Part shown: positions 26,077-39,694 of the stretch, one piece after another
How positions within the stretch are numbered: the stretch's first letter is position 1
Layout: each line of letters begins with the position of its first letter
NCBI RefSeq assembly: GCF_006345805.1
Contig: NC_043006.1
Coordinates: forward strand, 74,214,001 to 74,278,000
DNA from: Octopus sinensis
Taxonomy: Eukaryota
Direction of reading: 5' to 3'
DNA length: 64,000 nucleotides
Translations under genes and position numbers: made by a program
Notes under the pieces: generated by a model
Database searches by the model: none
Told to the model about the DNA's origin: nothing
The model's input: only the letters and a program-made list of their open reading frames with translations

Positions 26077-26850
26077 AGTTCAATTATATCTAGGATGTAA
26101 AGTTAGGAATACACCTAATCGAAGGTCTCAGTTACTGGGGATGTTCGTGGGATGCTGTTAAAAAAATTCAAACGTCCATGAAATCTAATAATATTCTGCA
26201 AAATATATTTATAGATATAAAAAAAAAAGAATTTATTGTTCTTGTTATTGTTATTATACCCCACACAGACTTCATCGAGCAGCTATGGCTAACTACATTA
26301 CAGGCAAGTCCATCTTATTTTTTCTCTTTTTCTGATGCACTGAGAACAGAGGATTGCGTCAGTCCATCAAAATAGTGCGAGTATGTTCTAAAGGACTTGT
26401 GACTGCTATCTCTACCAAGTCTGTTGACGATGCGATGAGTGCCTCGCTGGGTTATAAATCTGTTGCGAAAATATGTGAATCAAGTATGGCCCTTCGTTAT
26501 CCATTGTCGTACATAACTATTCGATATGTGAAATCACAACTTATAGTTACACAAAAATATGGAAAAGAAGAAAATAAGTATTCTGCTTTTTACCGACTCG
26601 CCTCATCGAAACAAACTATAAACTATTACCTGTTGGAGTTTTTTCTTGCTGATGACACACATTATAACTAATTTTCACGGATATTAGTTGTCCCTTACTT
26701 AACGCGCAAATGTTTCAGTTACTTTTAATTACTTGCATACGTTTGCTGATTTACTCACGTATTCTTTTCTTTGATTCACTTTTTGTAATTACGCAACTTA
26801 ATTGGTCAAAAGTATTCTTAACACTAATTTTTACTTGTCCATTTATCGAA

Positions 26851-27165
26851 GGAGGCGCAATGGCCCAGTAGTTAGGGCAGCGGACTGCAGGTCGGAGGAT
26901 CGCGGTTTCGATTCCTAGACAGGGTGTTGTATGTGTTTATTGAGCGAAAACACCTAAAGCTCCACGAGGCTCCGGTAGGGGGTGGTGGCGACCTCTGTTG
27001 TACTCTTTCGCCCTAACTTTTCTCTCACTCTTTCTTCGTGTTTCTTGAGTAACGCTGCGATGGACTGGCGTCCCGTCCAGCTGGGGGGAACACATACGCC
27101 ATAGAAACCGGGAAACCGGGGCGATGAGCCTGGCCAGGCTTGAAAAGGGCTCATAAATACATAAA
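26851..27165 (+). mobile_element. SINE family C with tail Y and a target-site duplication
   Basis: Full head and tail; atttatcgaa is duplicated at 26841-26850 and 27166-27175. Confidence 0.92.
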
Positions 27166-27254
27166 ATTTATCGAAGGAGGCTTGAGAAAATTATGTTCCG
27201 TTGATAACGAGTAATAGCACAAAACAACTACGGCTACAAAACAACATATTATTA

Positions 27255-27600
27255 CCTAAGAATTAAAATAAAGTTTTATAATGAATAGACAATCAAATAT
27301 ATTAACCTTGGTAGGATGCGTGGGAAGGCATGAAAAAAACCGAATGGAGAAGTAACGCCAAAAGCATGAAATATGGGAGAAGAAATCAGCGATAATGCTG
27401 AAATACATAAAAGAGAAAGACAGTCTTATAAAGAATGATGGATTACATAAATGAAAAGGTGAGTGCTCGATTGAAAAAGTAAGAGGCGGATAATAGCCTT
27501 GAGACAGCCAGCTATAGAGACAGAAGAAATCATAGCACAAGTAAGAGAAAAATGATATGAGACGATAAATCGAACTCTATAACAGAAAGAGGAAATTAAA
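27255..27600 (+). pseudogene. RTE-like LINE 3' ORF2 remnant
   Basis: LRIKIKFYNE and IMLKYIKEKDSLIKND...SIEKVR resemble the RTE C-terminal region; heavily decayed. Confidence 0.4.
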
Positions 27601-28216
27601 GATGGGAGCACAATGAAATAACATACTTAAGGAGAATGAATGAATGATAGTGAGAACGACAGAGGTAGAAAGAGAGGGAGAGATAGAGCGTGTGAGAGAG
27701 AGAGTAACAGAGAGGGACTGACAGAGAGAGAGAGAGAAAAAGATGAAAGGAAGAGAAAGAAAAAATTGTATAATATGCCCAACTATTTGAAAGTCTTTCT
27801 ATAACTGGAAGGTATTTCAAACTTAAGAGAAGTGGGGACAGACTGTATAAGAAAGTGTAGGGAACAACATATATATTCTTAAAAGGAACAAATAATGAAT
27901 TATGTGGCTGGCTCAGCGTTAACAAAGGTGAAAAAATGGAGGTAGGATTAAAGCAAAAAGCAAATCAAGCAAAGGAAGAAAGTTGCAGTTACAGCTAGGA
28001 ACTGCAAACAGAAAGCGAAATTTATGACAAGAGAAATTCAATCTTGGATGCGAATATGGAAGAGGTGAAGACGTGACCGATCACAAGAACAAAAAGCACA
28101 AGACAAAAGCAATGCAAGATTCCGTTTAAGTTGAAGAATAATTGAAAGCAGACGAAATATAACATTAAAAAAATGAAGCAAAGGATAAAACATAAAGATT
28201 ATTGAGGCGGATGCAA

Positions 28217-28249
<33 letters not shown>

Positions 28250-28428
28250 GTTCCTGTATTTGGTTTGCAAGATTTCTGATGTGAATGTTCCTTGAATGAC
28301 TCTACCGATATATAAGACGTACATACATTCATATATGCATACATATGTGCATACATACATACTTACATATACATATATATATATTATATAACGAGAGAGA
28401 TAGTGAGAGAGAGAGACATTATATATTA

Positions 28429-29486
28429 TATTGATTTGGCAAGAAAGTAATTTGTTTTTTCGGGCGAAATAAAAATCAGTCCTTTTTTTTCATACAAAGA
28501 ATGAACTTTAATCAATTATATATTTTCCATTTTGTTCCATGAACTTTTGCCATCTTTCTGGCAACTTCATGATTTCGCGCTCATATAAATTCTCGTCCTT
28601 ATCAGCCAAAAACTGAAGCAAATGCGATTTCAGGTCATCATTCTTATTGAACATTTTACCGTTCAGAGAATTTTGCAAACTTCGAAAAAATTTTAGTCTG
28701 ATATTGCAAGGTCAGGGTTACATGATGGATGTAACATCACTTCCCTACCAAGCTCCATTAATCCCATCAACTTGTCAGGATGAACTTTTTTGATGCAGTT
28801 CAGCTTTCAATGTGGTTTGTGCTGGTACATAACGCCTGGACCATGATCGTTTTGGATTGATGTTATTGTAGACAATCTATTTATCATCACCATCGATGAT
28901 TCGCTTCAAAAGAAGAGCGATTTCATTGCGTTTGAGATGCATATCGCAAATATTGATTCGTTGTGTTAAGTGAATCTCTTTTAATTTATGTGGACCCTAA
29001 ATATCGAACTTCTGAACGGGTCCAAGACATTTTGATTGATTTTCAATTGTTGCTTGTGATACATTTAACCTCTCTGCAACCTCTCGTTCAGTTATATGAC
29101 AATTAGATTCAATTATAGCTTTGATTTGGTCATCATCAACTTCAGTAGGTCGACCAGAACGTTGGTCATCTTTGAGGGAAAAATCTTCAGAACGAAATTT
29201 TAAAAACCATTTCTGACATGTATGTTCTGTTAAGCAATCAACATCATAAACTTCACGTATCTCCTCGACCCTCCGCAGCTTTCTTGCCTTTATGGAAAAA
29301 AAAACAGCAAAATATGACGAAAATGTTCGCTTTTGAACTTCATGTTAAAATTGACACTGAACTAACAGCTGTAAACAAAATTACGAACATTCTGCTTCTA
29401 AAGTAAGTTAAAATTAACGGCTAGCTCATTTTAAAAAATCGTTACTCTATCTACAAAAACCAAATCGCTTCCTTGCTAACTCAATA
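28429..29486 (-). mobile_element. Mariner element with both TIRs; transposase pseudogene with a central deletion (ATG 29343, stop 28508)
   Basis: TIRs tattgatttggcaagaaagtaatttgttttt and aaaaaccaaatcgcttccttgctaactcaata; MKFKSEHFRHILLF...QKWFLKFRSEDFSLKDDQRSGRP...KRIIDGDDK*IVY...HPSCNPDLAISD...LPERWQKFMEQNGKYIID*. Confidence 0.9.
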
Positions 29487-30974
29487 TTTCTATATATGGA
29501 AAGAGAGGGAGAGAGTGAGTAAGTGGGTGAGTGGGTGAGTGAAGCTGGTACCATTTAATAAACTCATTCATTTCATATCATTCAATATACTCATTCATGT
29601 CATACGTTACATAAAGTAATGCTTTGCAATATAAAGTTTAACCTCACTACGTCCTGATTTCGCAATATACAATTGTCACTTCCATATTTCCTACATCTTT
29701 ACTTCTTGAAAGAGGAACTTTCCGAAACCAGTATCGATGAATGTCGATTATACATTCGGTCACGTTTCTAAATTATTCTGTTTAGCTTTAGAAATTGATA
29801 TTATGTTGGCAATGAACGCATATTGAATGAAGAACATGTATTGTATAGAGAATTAAGTATTTATATGTGTCAAATAGGAATTAGCATCGATTGACAGAAT
29901 ATTAAATCATGTGTTTTATGAACTGATATTGATAACATCAATTTTGTTTTATATTACAATACCACCCTTCTTTAATTTGTCCTTACTATATCTTAATGTC
30001 CCGAGTACATTCAGCACAACGTCTATTCAAAAGGGATAATTTATTGTTTTAAAAGCTAGAAAGATATATAAATATGCCGTGAAATATCCGAAACAGTTCT
30101 ACTTCAACCCCGCACACATACCCAAAAATTTGTGTGAAAATTTTTCTTCAGTTTCTACAAATTGGGAACAGGTTTCATGGATTTATGTATATTCTGATAG
30201 TCTTTAACTAATCTCATTCACCGAAAAACTGACATGCTTGAGCATTGCCATGTGATTATTCATTTAAAATATACAGTTAAAATCAAGTAAATCTCACAAA
30301 AGTGAATTAACGATATAAAATGTTTTTTAAAAAATAGCTTGAAATTGCAGTAACAAAATGTATTTTCATATATCAGATTTTTATTCCTATCTCTGTTTTA
30401 AAGAGCAACGACAAAATAATTTTTTTAAATGCCAGCAACTGCAATGGCTGTGATATACTGAATTACATTAATATATTCCATTAGGGCCATTGATAATATA
30501 TCGTATATATGTCTCATCCTCACTTAATGCCAGCTTTGGCGAGCAATAGAAATGTAATATGTTTCATCGAATTACATGCTGAATATCATTTGACGTTTAC
30601 AATTTTTATCCGTATTAATATCACTGTCTTGCGTAAAGGTGAACATATATAAAATGGTTTCTTTCTAACATGGCTGCTGTTAAAATTTTGTCATTGCCAT
30701 TTATGTCAAAAGAATATATGCTGAATAAATGTTTCTTTGGAAATACCCTTTTAATACAGAGTTCCTTTATTGATTCACAAAAGAATTTCATTTTGTTATA
30801 CAACGTTATGTCATAAATATTCACTACCGCATTCCACATTTTCCAAAAAATGTGCCAAGTATGGAAGAATTATGACATGCCGATAATATGACAATTGGGT
30901 TAGACATGGCAGAAACGATGGCAGGTCTAGTCCTACAAAAGGTTCTTTTTCTGCTATAAATAGGTATCATGATA

Positions 30975-31370
30975 CTCTTTTACTTTTTTACTCTTTCACT
31001 TGTTTCAGTCATTTGGCTGTCGCCGTGCTGGAGCACCGACTTTAGTCAAGCAAGTCGACCTCAGGACTTATTCTATCGGTCTCTTTTAACGAACTGCTAA
31101 GTTACACCAGCATCAGTTGTCAAGCGATTTGGGGGGACAAACACAGACACACAAACATACACACAGACACACACACACGCACACGCACACATATATATAC
31201 ATATATACGACGGGCGTCTTTCAGTTTCCGTCTACCAAATCCACTCACAAGGCTTTGGTCGGCCCCAGGCTATAGTAGAAGACACTTGCCCAAGGTGCCA
31301 CGCAGTGGGACTGAACCTGGAACCATGTGGTTAGTAAGCAAGCTACTTACCACACAGCCACTCCTACGCC
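30975..31370 (-). mobile_element. SINE family A, full length
   Basis: Well-conserved head and tail. Confidence 0.92.
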
Positions 31371-32539
31371 TATAAAGAACATATTTTGTATGTAGGTTCT
31401 GAGCGTACTCTAAACTTGATAAACTGAGTGAAACTTCTCCCAAGCCATACATTTTAACCCTTTTTACCTTTGTTTCTTTTTTCTCCTCAGTATCTCCAAA
31501 CATATTTATACCGGTCAGCTTTCTAGCTCATATTTTAATGGGTCCACATAAACAGTTACAGACAAAAGAAAAATCACTTTGTATTAAAAGAATTAAACTT
31601 AGAAACTACTAATTAGTGAGAAGGACCGGGCTCCTCTGTCTTGCTAGTTGCATTGTAATTGTTGATGATTTTAAATGTTATTTCACCCTTGATTCATATG
31701 GAGCTGGATGGCCTAACAAAGTGTGGAGTAGCTGCCTTCCTATACGGGTAATGCCAGTCTAAATGGTGGATATCTGAAACAAAACTCACTTGGTGTCAGG
31801 CAATCGTATCGAACGTCAGCAACGATATTACAAACCATTAGACTTATCACCTGACCATCAACTTCACTAAACACACGGCCAATTTAAAAGCGCTCAACAG
31901 ATTTAAGCAGCTTAAACAATTCAAATAACTGTTCCGTTTCATGCATTTAGATACATCGATGAGTGCTCTTGCCTACATTCAGACACACGAAGCCTTGAAG
32001 GCGTATGAGGAAACAATCCAAATTATCAAAACATAATTATATCCATTCAAGTGCATCTCGTGTGTGTTTGTATATGTGTGTCTGTGTTGTGTCAGAAAAT
32101 ATTTGGTTATGGCAATGTGTATGTTTCTTTGGTGATATCTATTATCTCTAAAATATAACAATGTATATAAATAATTTCATGGTATAGGAGCAATACAATA
32201 GCATTGCTAAATATCTATTACAATGTTATGATAGATTTCTGACAATGGTGAATGACATATATGCAATTATCGGTATTATTTATTTGTCAAAAATACCCAC
32301 AAAAGTGGCCATATAAAATATGTCTAAGTCATTATTTAACAATTATAACTTAATGAACTAAGATATATATATATATAATATATATATATATCCAAATAAT
32401 TGGATATCCTTGTTGCTTATTTTGATTATAATCACCCCAATTGATTTATATGGATAATACATACAAAATTCTGGTGCCTTTAATTTAAGTACCATATTCA
32501 TCTGAATCTAAATTTTTCTGAACCTATATATATATATTA

Positions 32540-32838
32540 CGTTTTTGGACTTGGTTTGCAAGATTGTTTATGAGTCTGTGTGTTGACCCATATTCTGTTG
32601 TGTCTGGGGAGAGTCATTTTACTTTTTGTACCTAATTAATTTAACATACTCACCGGTAAAATTTCCCCTTTTTATTTTTATTTTCCTAACATTTTCGTTG
32701 CGTCATGCATGAAAGGATTGTAAGGCGCAACGAAAACTTTAGAAAAATAAAAAAAAGAAATAATTGGAAATTTTACCGGTGAGTGTGTTAAATTATGAGT
32801 CACAAAAAGAAAATGACTCTCCTCAGACACAACAGTAT
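32540..32838. mobile_element. PLE-like fold-back element centred on a degenerate hammerhead
   Basis: About 113-bp inverted arms at 32591-32703 and 32725-32838; the centre reads ATGA-AAGG-ATTGT(AAGGC)GCAAC-GAAA on +; the terminus is shared with 8601. Confidence 0.6.
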
Positions 32839-32840
32839 AT

Positions 32841-32912
<72 letters not shown>

Positions 32913-33284
32913 GTCTCGTGTGTATTTTGCTGTTGTTCGTTCTAATAGAGAAAATTAATAATATGAGAGCTTCGCAGTCGTGCACATTCCATATTTTTGT
33001 ATACGAAAGACTACAATGTCTCCGCTCTTTTTCTTTCTTTCTCTATCTCTTCAGAAAAAATACTTGGTTGTGATTTGAGGACGATGTGAAAGATATTTAT
33101 AACTTTCTACCCTGAACAGATTCCATCGATGATAAATTTCTATCTAGTCTCAAGTCGGTGCTCAGTCACCACGCCTATGACCAAGAGATATTCCAACCGT
33201 ATCCATCACATCCTGTTTTCGAACGGTATTATGCGATATACATGGATGCATATACACGCGCGTGTGCACACACGCACAGAGGTA

Positions 33285-33446
33285 GATAAATTATAGATAG
33301 CTGGATAGATAGACAGACAGACAGTCAGACAGACAGACAGACAGATAGATAGATAAATAGATAGATAGACAGATATGTAGATAGATAGATAGATAGATAG
33401 ACAAACAGATAGATAGATAGAGAGATAGATAGACAAACAGATAGAT

Positions 33447-33517
<71 letters not shown>

Positions 33518-33677
33518 CAATAGAAAGACAGAAACATGGATTGATAGATAGAGGGATAGATAGATAAATAGATAGATAGATAAATCATAGATGACTGGAT
33601 AAATAGACAGACAGACAGATAGATAGATACATAGATAGATAGGCAGATAGATACACAGAGAGACAGACTGATAGATT

Positions 33678-33747
<70 letters not shown>

Positions 33748-33861
33748 CTGATAACTGGATAGATAGACTGACAGACAAATAGATAGACAGATAGATAGAC
33801 AGACAGACAAATAGATACGTAGATAGATAGACACATAGATGATAGATGGATAGATAGATAG

Positions 33862-33910
<49 letters not shown>
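33285..33910. repeat. Long compound (GATA)n/(GACA)n/(GA)n tract
   Basis: About 620 bp of AGAT-based repeats; source of the LSIYLSIY ORFs. Confidence 0.98.
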
Positions 33911-34221
33911 CATGTAGATATGATGGGTGGCATGGTGCGATTAAAAGGATAATTTAATGCTATTTGAAGAATTTTAGAATAATCCCATGGAATACCAACT
34001 TTTACATCTCTTGAATTTAGATCAATCTGGATGCTGCGTTTGAGTGCGTATGTTGACATAATGTTAATATCATATGTATATCTCTGAAATACTTGATTTA
34101 AAGCGGAGATTATTGTCTTAAGAGGCTAGCATTGTGACTCCTTCTATTACATTCTTATTTGACAAAAAGCAAATTTTAATTCCGCAATACAAATTATGAA
34201 GATGATTTTTTTTGTTCCCAC

Positions 34222-34468
34222 GAGCATATGGCGTAGTGGTTAAGAGCGCGGGCTACTAACCCCAAGATTCCGAGTTCGATTCCAAGCAGTTACCTGGATA
34301 ATAATAATAATATAATAATAACATCGAAAAGTACCTTAGGAATGAGAACCCAGGTTCGAAATTTCCCCAAGACGCCTGAAGAAGGCTGGAGGGTATATCA
34401 GCCGGAACAACAAACATCCCTCGAATGGAAATAATGTACACAATTCCTCATCTCTTAAATATAGAACT
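34222..34468 (+). mobile_element. SINE family E: full tRNA-like head with a degraded hammerhead
   Basis: A-box TGGCGTAGTGG, B-box GAGTTCGATTCC, (TAA)n, then GACGC-CTGAAGA-A-GGCTG(GAGGGTATAT)CAGCC-GGAAC at 34371-34408, with the stem III/stem I part deleted. Confidence 0.8.
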
Positions 34469-34519
34469 GTAAGATTTTTTTTCTCTTTAGAAATCCTTGT
34501 AAAAGCCTTTCCTTTTATC

Positions 34520-34900
34520 TCTTATCTTTCACGTATTTCATTTAGTAAATTGTGGTCATTCTGAAGCACGACTTTGAAGAATTTTTGTCGAACCAATCGA
34601 CATCAATACGTTTTCTATGAGTCGGGTACTTATTGTATGGTTTATTTTGCCGAACCGCTAAGTTACAGCGGCGTAAACACATCACCACTGGCTGTCGAGC
34701 GGAGGTAGGGGACAATCACACACACACACACACACACGATGGGCTTCTTTCAATTTCCATTTACCAAATCCACTCACAAATCTTTAGTCGGTCCGGGGCT
34801 ATAAAAGAAATCACTTGTACAAGGTTCCAAACAGTAAGACTAAACCTGGAACCATATGGTTGGGAAGCAAACTTCTTACCACGCAGCCACGCCGGCGCCT
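34520..34900 (-). mobile_element. SINE family A, diverged
   Basis: ccaaatccactcacaaatc...aaccatatggttgggaagcaaacttcttaccacgcagccacgcc. Confidence 0.75.
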
Positions 34901-36229
34901 AAAATTGATTTCTATCCCCACTATGATTCTTCCTAAAGTTTTGATGCACAGAGACTTTCGTTTTGATACTTAATTTTACCAAGTGTAAATTTCCAAATTT
35001 ATTTTCAAGGAAAAAATGTTAAAAGAATTTCACACTATTTTTCTTCATTATAAATTAATTACTATCAAAGCAAATATCCTTTAAAATTATCATTAAACAC
35101 TACCATCAGTAAATACACTAAAGCGATATTCCTAAGTATCATACGTACTTAAAGCTTGCCTGACCAAATCGTCTAGATGTTAATATCTCGATAAAATGGC
35201 ATGGAAACTGTTGATATTTGAGTAAACTGACTTTACGAATACTACATCCTGTTTATTTTACTAGGAGAGATTAGGTTTATAAAAATCAATATTAATAACA
35301 CATTAAGTAGTACTTAACTTCCTAAACATATAGCAATCTGACTATAGATTATAGTTTATACCGTCAAAATTATTCGGCATCTGAGCTTAAAGAATCTATT
35401 TGGAATATTTTACCTTTAATTTGTATTTCCATTAGTATTCTTCAAATAGAGTTGATACACAGTAAACTCGGTTTAGCACATTCTTCTTAAAACGCGTAAA
35501 TTTTCATTTTATTTCCTGGAGAAAACAAAAAAAAATTTAACAATTTTATTCATTTTTCTTTTCCTCTCCTTCAAAAAAGTATTACTATCAAAACGTGATT
35601 ACCTGTCCATACATTTTAAAATTGTTGATGCATTTGCTTTTGATAACATTCTGAAAGTTGCCACGTCGTAAACTCATCATTTCCGATGATTGCACCGATA
35701 AAGTAGAAATGAAACAATATAATATCAATGCCGTTTGATGAATTGAAATTATATTTCTGTTATATAGATATATTAAACGGTATATACATTTCTGCACCTA
35801 TAATTTCCTTCCTTACAGGATTATATCCTTTTTTTTTTTTTATTTAAACAAAACAATATTCTTGTTCCCAATCAAACCTAATGATGTGTTGGAGCTTCAG
35901 AAATAAATTTATCTTTCTCATGATTACACCTACTAGACTTTACTTGTTTCAAATATTTCGCTTTTCAACGCCTAAGTATCTTAATATTATATGTTATCCA
36001 ATACTTTTTTCACGCAAAATTTTTTTATTCCTAACCGAATCAATATACGAAATATCATCAGGCACCTTTATTGTCAATGCCCTTTTACCGTTTTCTTAGA
36101 ATTACTATCCTGGAAGTACTTGTTATTTTAAAGTGAGGAAAGTAACACGAATGAAATCCAATACGTTCTGAATTACAAGGATATCCATAACTCATGTTCC
36201 ACTCAGATATCGAGATAGTCAGCCTAATA

Positions 36230-36950
36230 AAAATATCTGCACCCAGAATATTATTATAGAATGTTAGTGGGCCAGACAGGTTCGGATTGCAGCCTCAAAA
36301 ATTTGGTCGATACCTAGTGGGGACGGGCTAGGCAGTTTAGCAAACAACATTCGACGCGAATACAGAGCAGCACAATCTACATAAAGACAATCCAAAGATA
36401 TTTGAAGGAAAATACTATTCCTGCAATTGGAATTGAACTTTTAGTGATCTTTTAGCCCACTAATTTAATATAATGTTCGGTCACGCATCGATAGCTTTAG
36501 GAATTAATCCAGTGAGGAACAACATTCGTATGAGTTTTCGGAGACTTCATGCACATGGAGAATTTATTCCAATCCGGGATGAGACCATTTTTACACAGCT
36601 TGTATATTAACATTCAACAGAAAAGGATGGAAGTTGAATAAGAAGAGGTTTTCGTCTTGCCGCCTTCCATGACTGGTATAGAGGATTTAACACTATTGAA
36701 ATCAACGCGGGGTTGCCCCGTAGTAGGAACAGGGATGGAGACGACGTAGTTAGCTGCAGGCCACGTGGGAGCGAAAAGAGGATATTACTTGGTTGTGCGT
36801 GTCTTTTTATATCTATCTAAAGAGCGCCACTTAGTTGTTAACGATGTGACAGCGGAGGTAACTCTAGATGACTCTCAAAACATGACAGCACTGGATTCAA
36901 ATAAGGTTGCCTACAAACTTATCACTACAAACCTACAAGGTACAGATCAA
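36230..36950 (-). pseudogene. Decayed LINE AP-endonuclease remnant (RTE-like)
   Basis: Minus-strand pieces resemble the YAPT, GDFN (here VDFNS) and ID/SDH-region motifs in the expected order; many stops. Confidence 0.35.
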
Positions 36951-37199
36951 TAAAAGCGTAAAACATAATACAGGTAGTCTAAGCCAGCGAAGTCTTTCTT
37001 ACGTAATCCCTACCCTGCTAGAAATAGCAACCAGATCATCTTCATACCTTCTATATGTCTTGTATACTCTATCTCTGAAGAGAAGTATACCGTGTGATCA
37101 TGTTTAGGGTTCCTGTGATTAGGGGGCTCTTCGAACAGGACAAATTTGTAGTTAATTAATAAAAGTGATAACGAAAAAGGATTCCTACTTGTGGCTAAA

Positions 37200-37545
37200 T
37201 GATTTTATTGAAAGCTAAATTGTTATTCCCCTGGAATCTTGGTGAGAAGTTACGAAGTGACTACTTCCAATTTCTAATTTCATTATTCAGACGACCATTC
37301 CAATTAGCTTATAGCCATTTTAGCTTCTTTTTTTATTCTGTTACCTGTTTCAAATCCGGGAATGCGATCGTGCTGAGTCACCGTTTTAAAGGGTTCTTGT
37401 CAATCGTATCAAGCAGTTGTGGAAGCTGAAGGTGGCATTATTGAATAATATTATAGAAAAGAACGTTTATTTTTATCCTCACAGCATTTTATGATAAAGT
37501 TATCTGTTATATATCTGTCCTCAAATATCTTATGCACCCTGTATA
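37200..37545 (+). mobile_element. Tc1/mariner 3' remnant
   Basis: Ends QAVVEAEGGIIE* followed by the terminus tgcaccctgtaTA. Confidence 0.5.
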
Positions 37546-38729
37546 GACATATATACATACGGAGGAATTCTCTTCCAGTTTCCATCTACCAAATCTATTA
37601 ACAAGGCTCTCGTCGATCCGGTTCTATAGTAGAATTCACTTACGCAAGATGTTGCGCATGGGACCAAACCAGAAACTATGTCGTTACAATGTAAATACTC
37701 AGCTATGCCTGCGCCTATGAAACATAAATTTGATAAAATATTTTATTTCACTTCTGAAAGAAATAATATTTGAAATCTAAATGCCAGCTTGATTTCAATT
37801 CTAAAAGGTAATGTGCATATACGTTTCGTAAAAATGAAATGTGATGGCAAATAGCTAAGTTGGAATGATAGTTAAAAAATAAAACAAAGAAATTCAATTT
37901 TGTAAATTTCTTAGAGTAAAATGCTGTCTTATTGGGAGGAAATTGTGATAAAATAATTCCATCAGGTAAATGGTTTTTGCTTGACAAGGAAGATTATATA
38001 TTTACAGTGAATATTTCACATTCAATATACGAAAAGAAATTTCCAACTTTCAGCGATTACAAATGCAATGGTGCTCTTAGATTGAGTGGTATTGTAAGAG
38101 CTTTAGGTGAATGGTACGTCGATTTTATATAAAAAAAAAGATTTATGCGAAAACGTCAAATTCGTTTAAAATGAAAGATATTGTTCAAGATTTTTGTTCT
38201 AATTTCAAGACGTAAAGAATTTAATGCTTGTAGTCTGAAGAATAAAAGCGTTTTCAAGCAATGCCTACTTTACAGTAATTTCGACTATTTTCCAATCATT
38301 TACAGTGCATTTTAATGCGAAAAGGAGTACGTAACGTTAAATTAAAATCTCGAAGATCTTTCCATTCCTACACTCATTACATTGAGAGATCCAATAGTAT
38401 AGGCGTCGATTAAATGGTTTCATCTATTCTGGATGACAAAACGAGCGTGACACATATGACGAAATGTACATAGATTTTTAATTAATTATAGCTTAATCAT
38501 CATGTGATGTTTCCTGTAGGAATCATTTGGTGTTTCGAGACTTTTATGGTTGGTGAAGTCCCAGTTTGTGTCCAGTTAGAACTATCACTGGTAGCACTGT
38601 CACTTCCAAGTCTCACAACTCCCGATCCAAAGCTACATCGAAGCAATCTCTGCGACTCTGTAGCATGATCACGCAATGGTATCGAATGCCTTTCTATAAA
38701 AAGAAAACCATACTGTCACGAGATTTCTG

Positions 38730-39060
38730 CACTGGCTGTGTGGTAAGTAGCTTGCTAACCAACCAACCTGTCGTATATATGTATATATATGTATATGTAT
38801 ATATGTATATATGTATATATGTATATGTATATATATATATGTGTGTGTGTGTTTGTGTGTCTGTGTTTGTCCCCCCAACATCGCTTGACAACCGATGCTG
38901 GTGTGTTTACGTCCCCGTCACTTAGCGGTTCGGCAAAAGAGACCGATAGAATAAGTACTGGGTTTACAAAGAATAAGCCCCGGGGTTGATTTGCTCGACT
39001 AAAGGCGGTGCTCCAGCATGGCCGCAGTCAAATGACTGAAACAAGTAAAAGAGTAAAGGA
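38730..39060 (+). mobile_element. SINE family A with an internal deletion
   Basis: Head joined directly to the internal microsatellite; intact tail. Confidence 0.85.
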
Positions 39061-39323
39061 GTGTTTTCACAATTTAGACAACAAAGATTTAATCATCAAG
39101 TTATTGCGTTCATTCCCAAGCTCTTTTCTTTATACTTGCCTACACATCAGTAGCGATATCTTTAAATTCGCAGTGGTTTGGGAGGAATTGGACGAGGCAG
39201 CATTTGTTCGTTTGTACATAAGTTAAAGCAGGCTCTGTGTCTATATTTCTCTATTAAGGCACTGATACCATTTTTAACAGCATGAATGTGGTAAGACAGT
39301 TTCCAATATCGATCTGGCTTTAA

Positions 39324-39694
39324 GGCGGCGAGCTGGCAGAATCGTTAGCACGCCGGGCGAAGTGCTTAGCGGTATTCCGTCTGCGGTTACGTTCTGAGTT
39401 CAAATTCCGCCGAGGTCGACTTTGCCTTTCATCCTTTCAGGGTCGATAAAATAAGGACCAGTTGCGTACTGGGATCGATATAATCGACTTAATCCGTTTG
39501 TCTGCCGTTGTTCGTCCCCTCTGTGTTTAGCCCCTTGTGGGTAGTTAAGAAATAGGTATTTTGTCTGTCTTTATGTTCTGTGTTCAAATTCCGGAGTCGA
39601 TAAATTAAGTACCAGTTACCTAGTGGGGTCAATCTAATCGGCTGGCTCCCTCCCCCAAAATTTCGGGCCTTGTGCCTAGGGTAGAAAAGAATAT
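39324..39694 (+). mobile_element. SINE family B dimer
   Basis: ggcggcgagcTGGCAGAATCG...GAGTTCAAATTCC, central gtcgactttgcctttcatcctttcagggtcgataaaataag (recalled as resembling the Meta/MESC SINE domain; unverified), then a second headless unit. Confidence 0.88.

Noticed and set aside
33060-33110. TTGAGGA-CGATG-TGAAAG, possible stem-II-less hammerhead
   Set aside because: Core mismatch and no convincing stems I or III in this copy.
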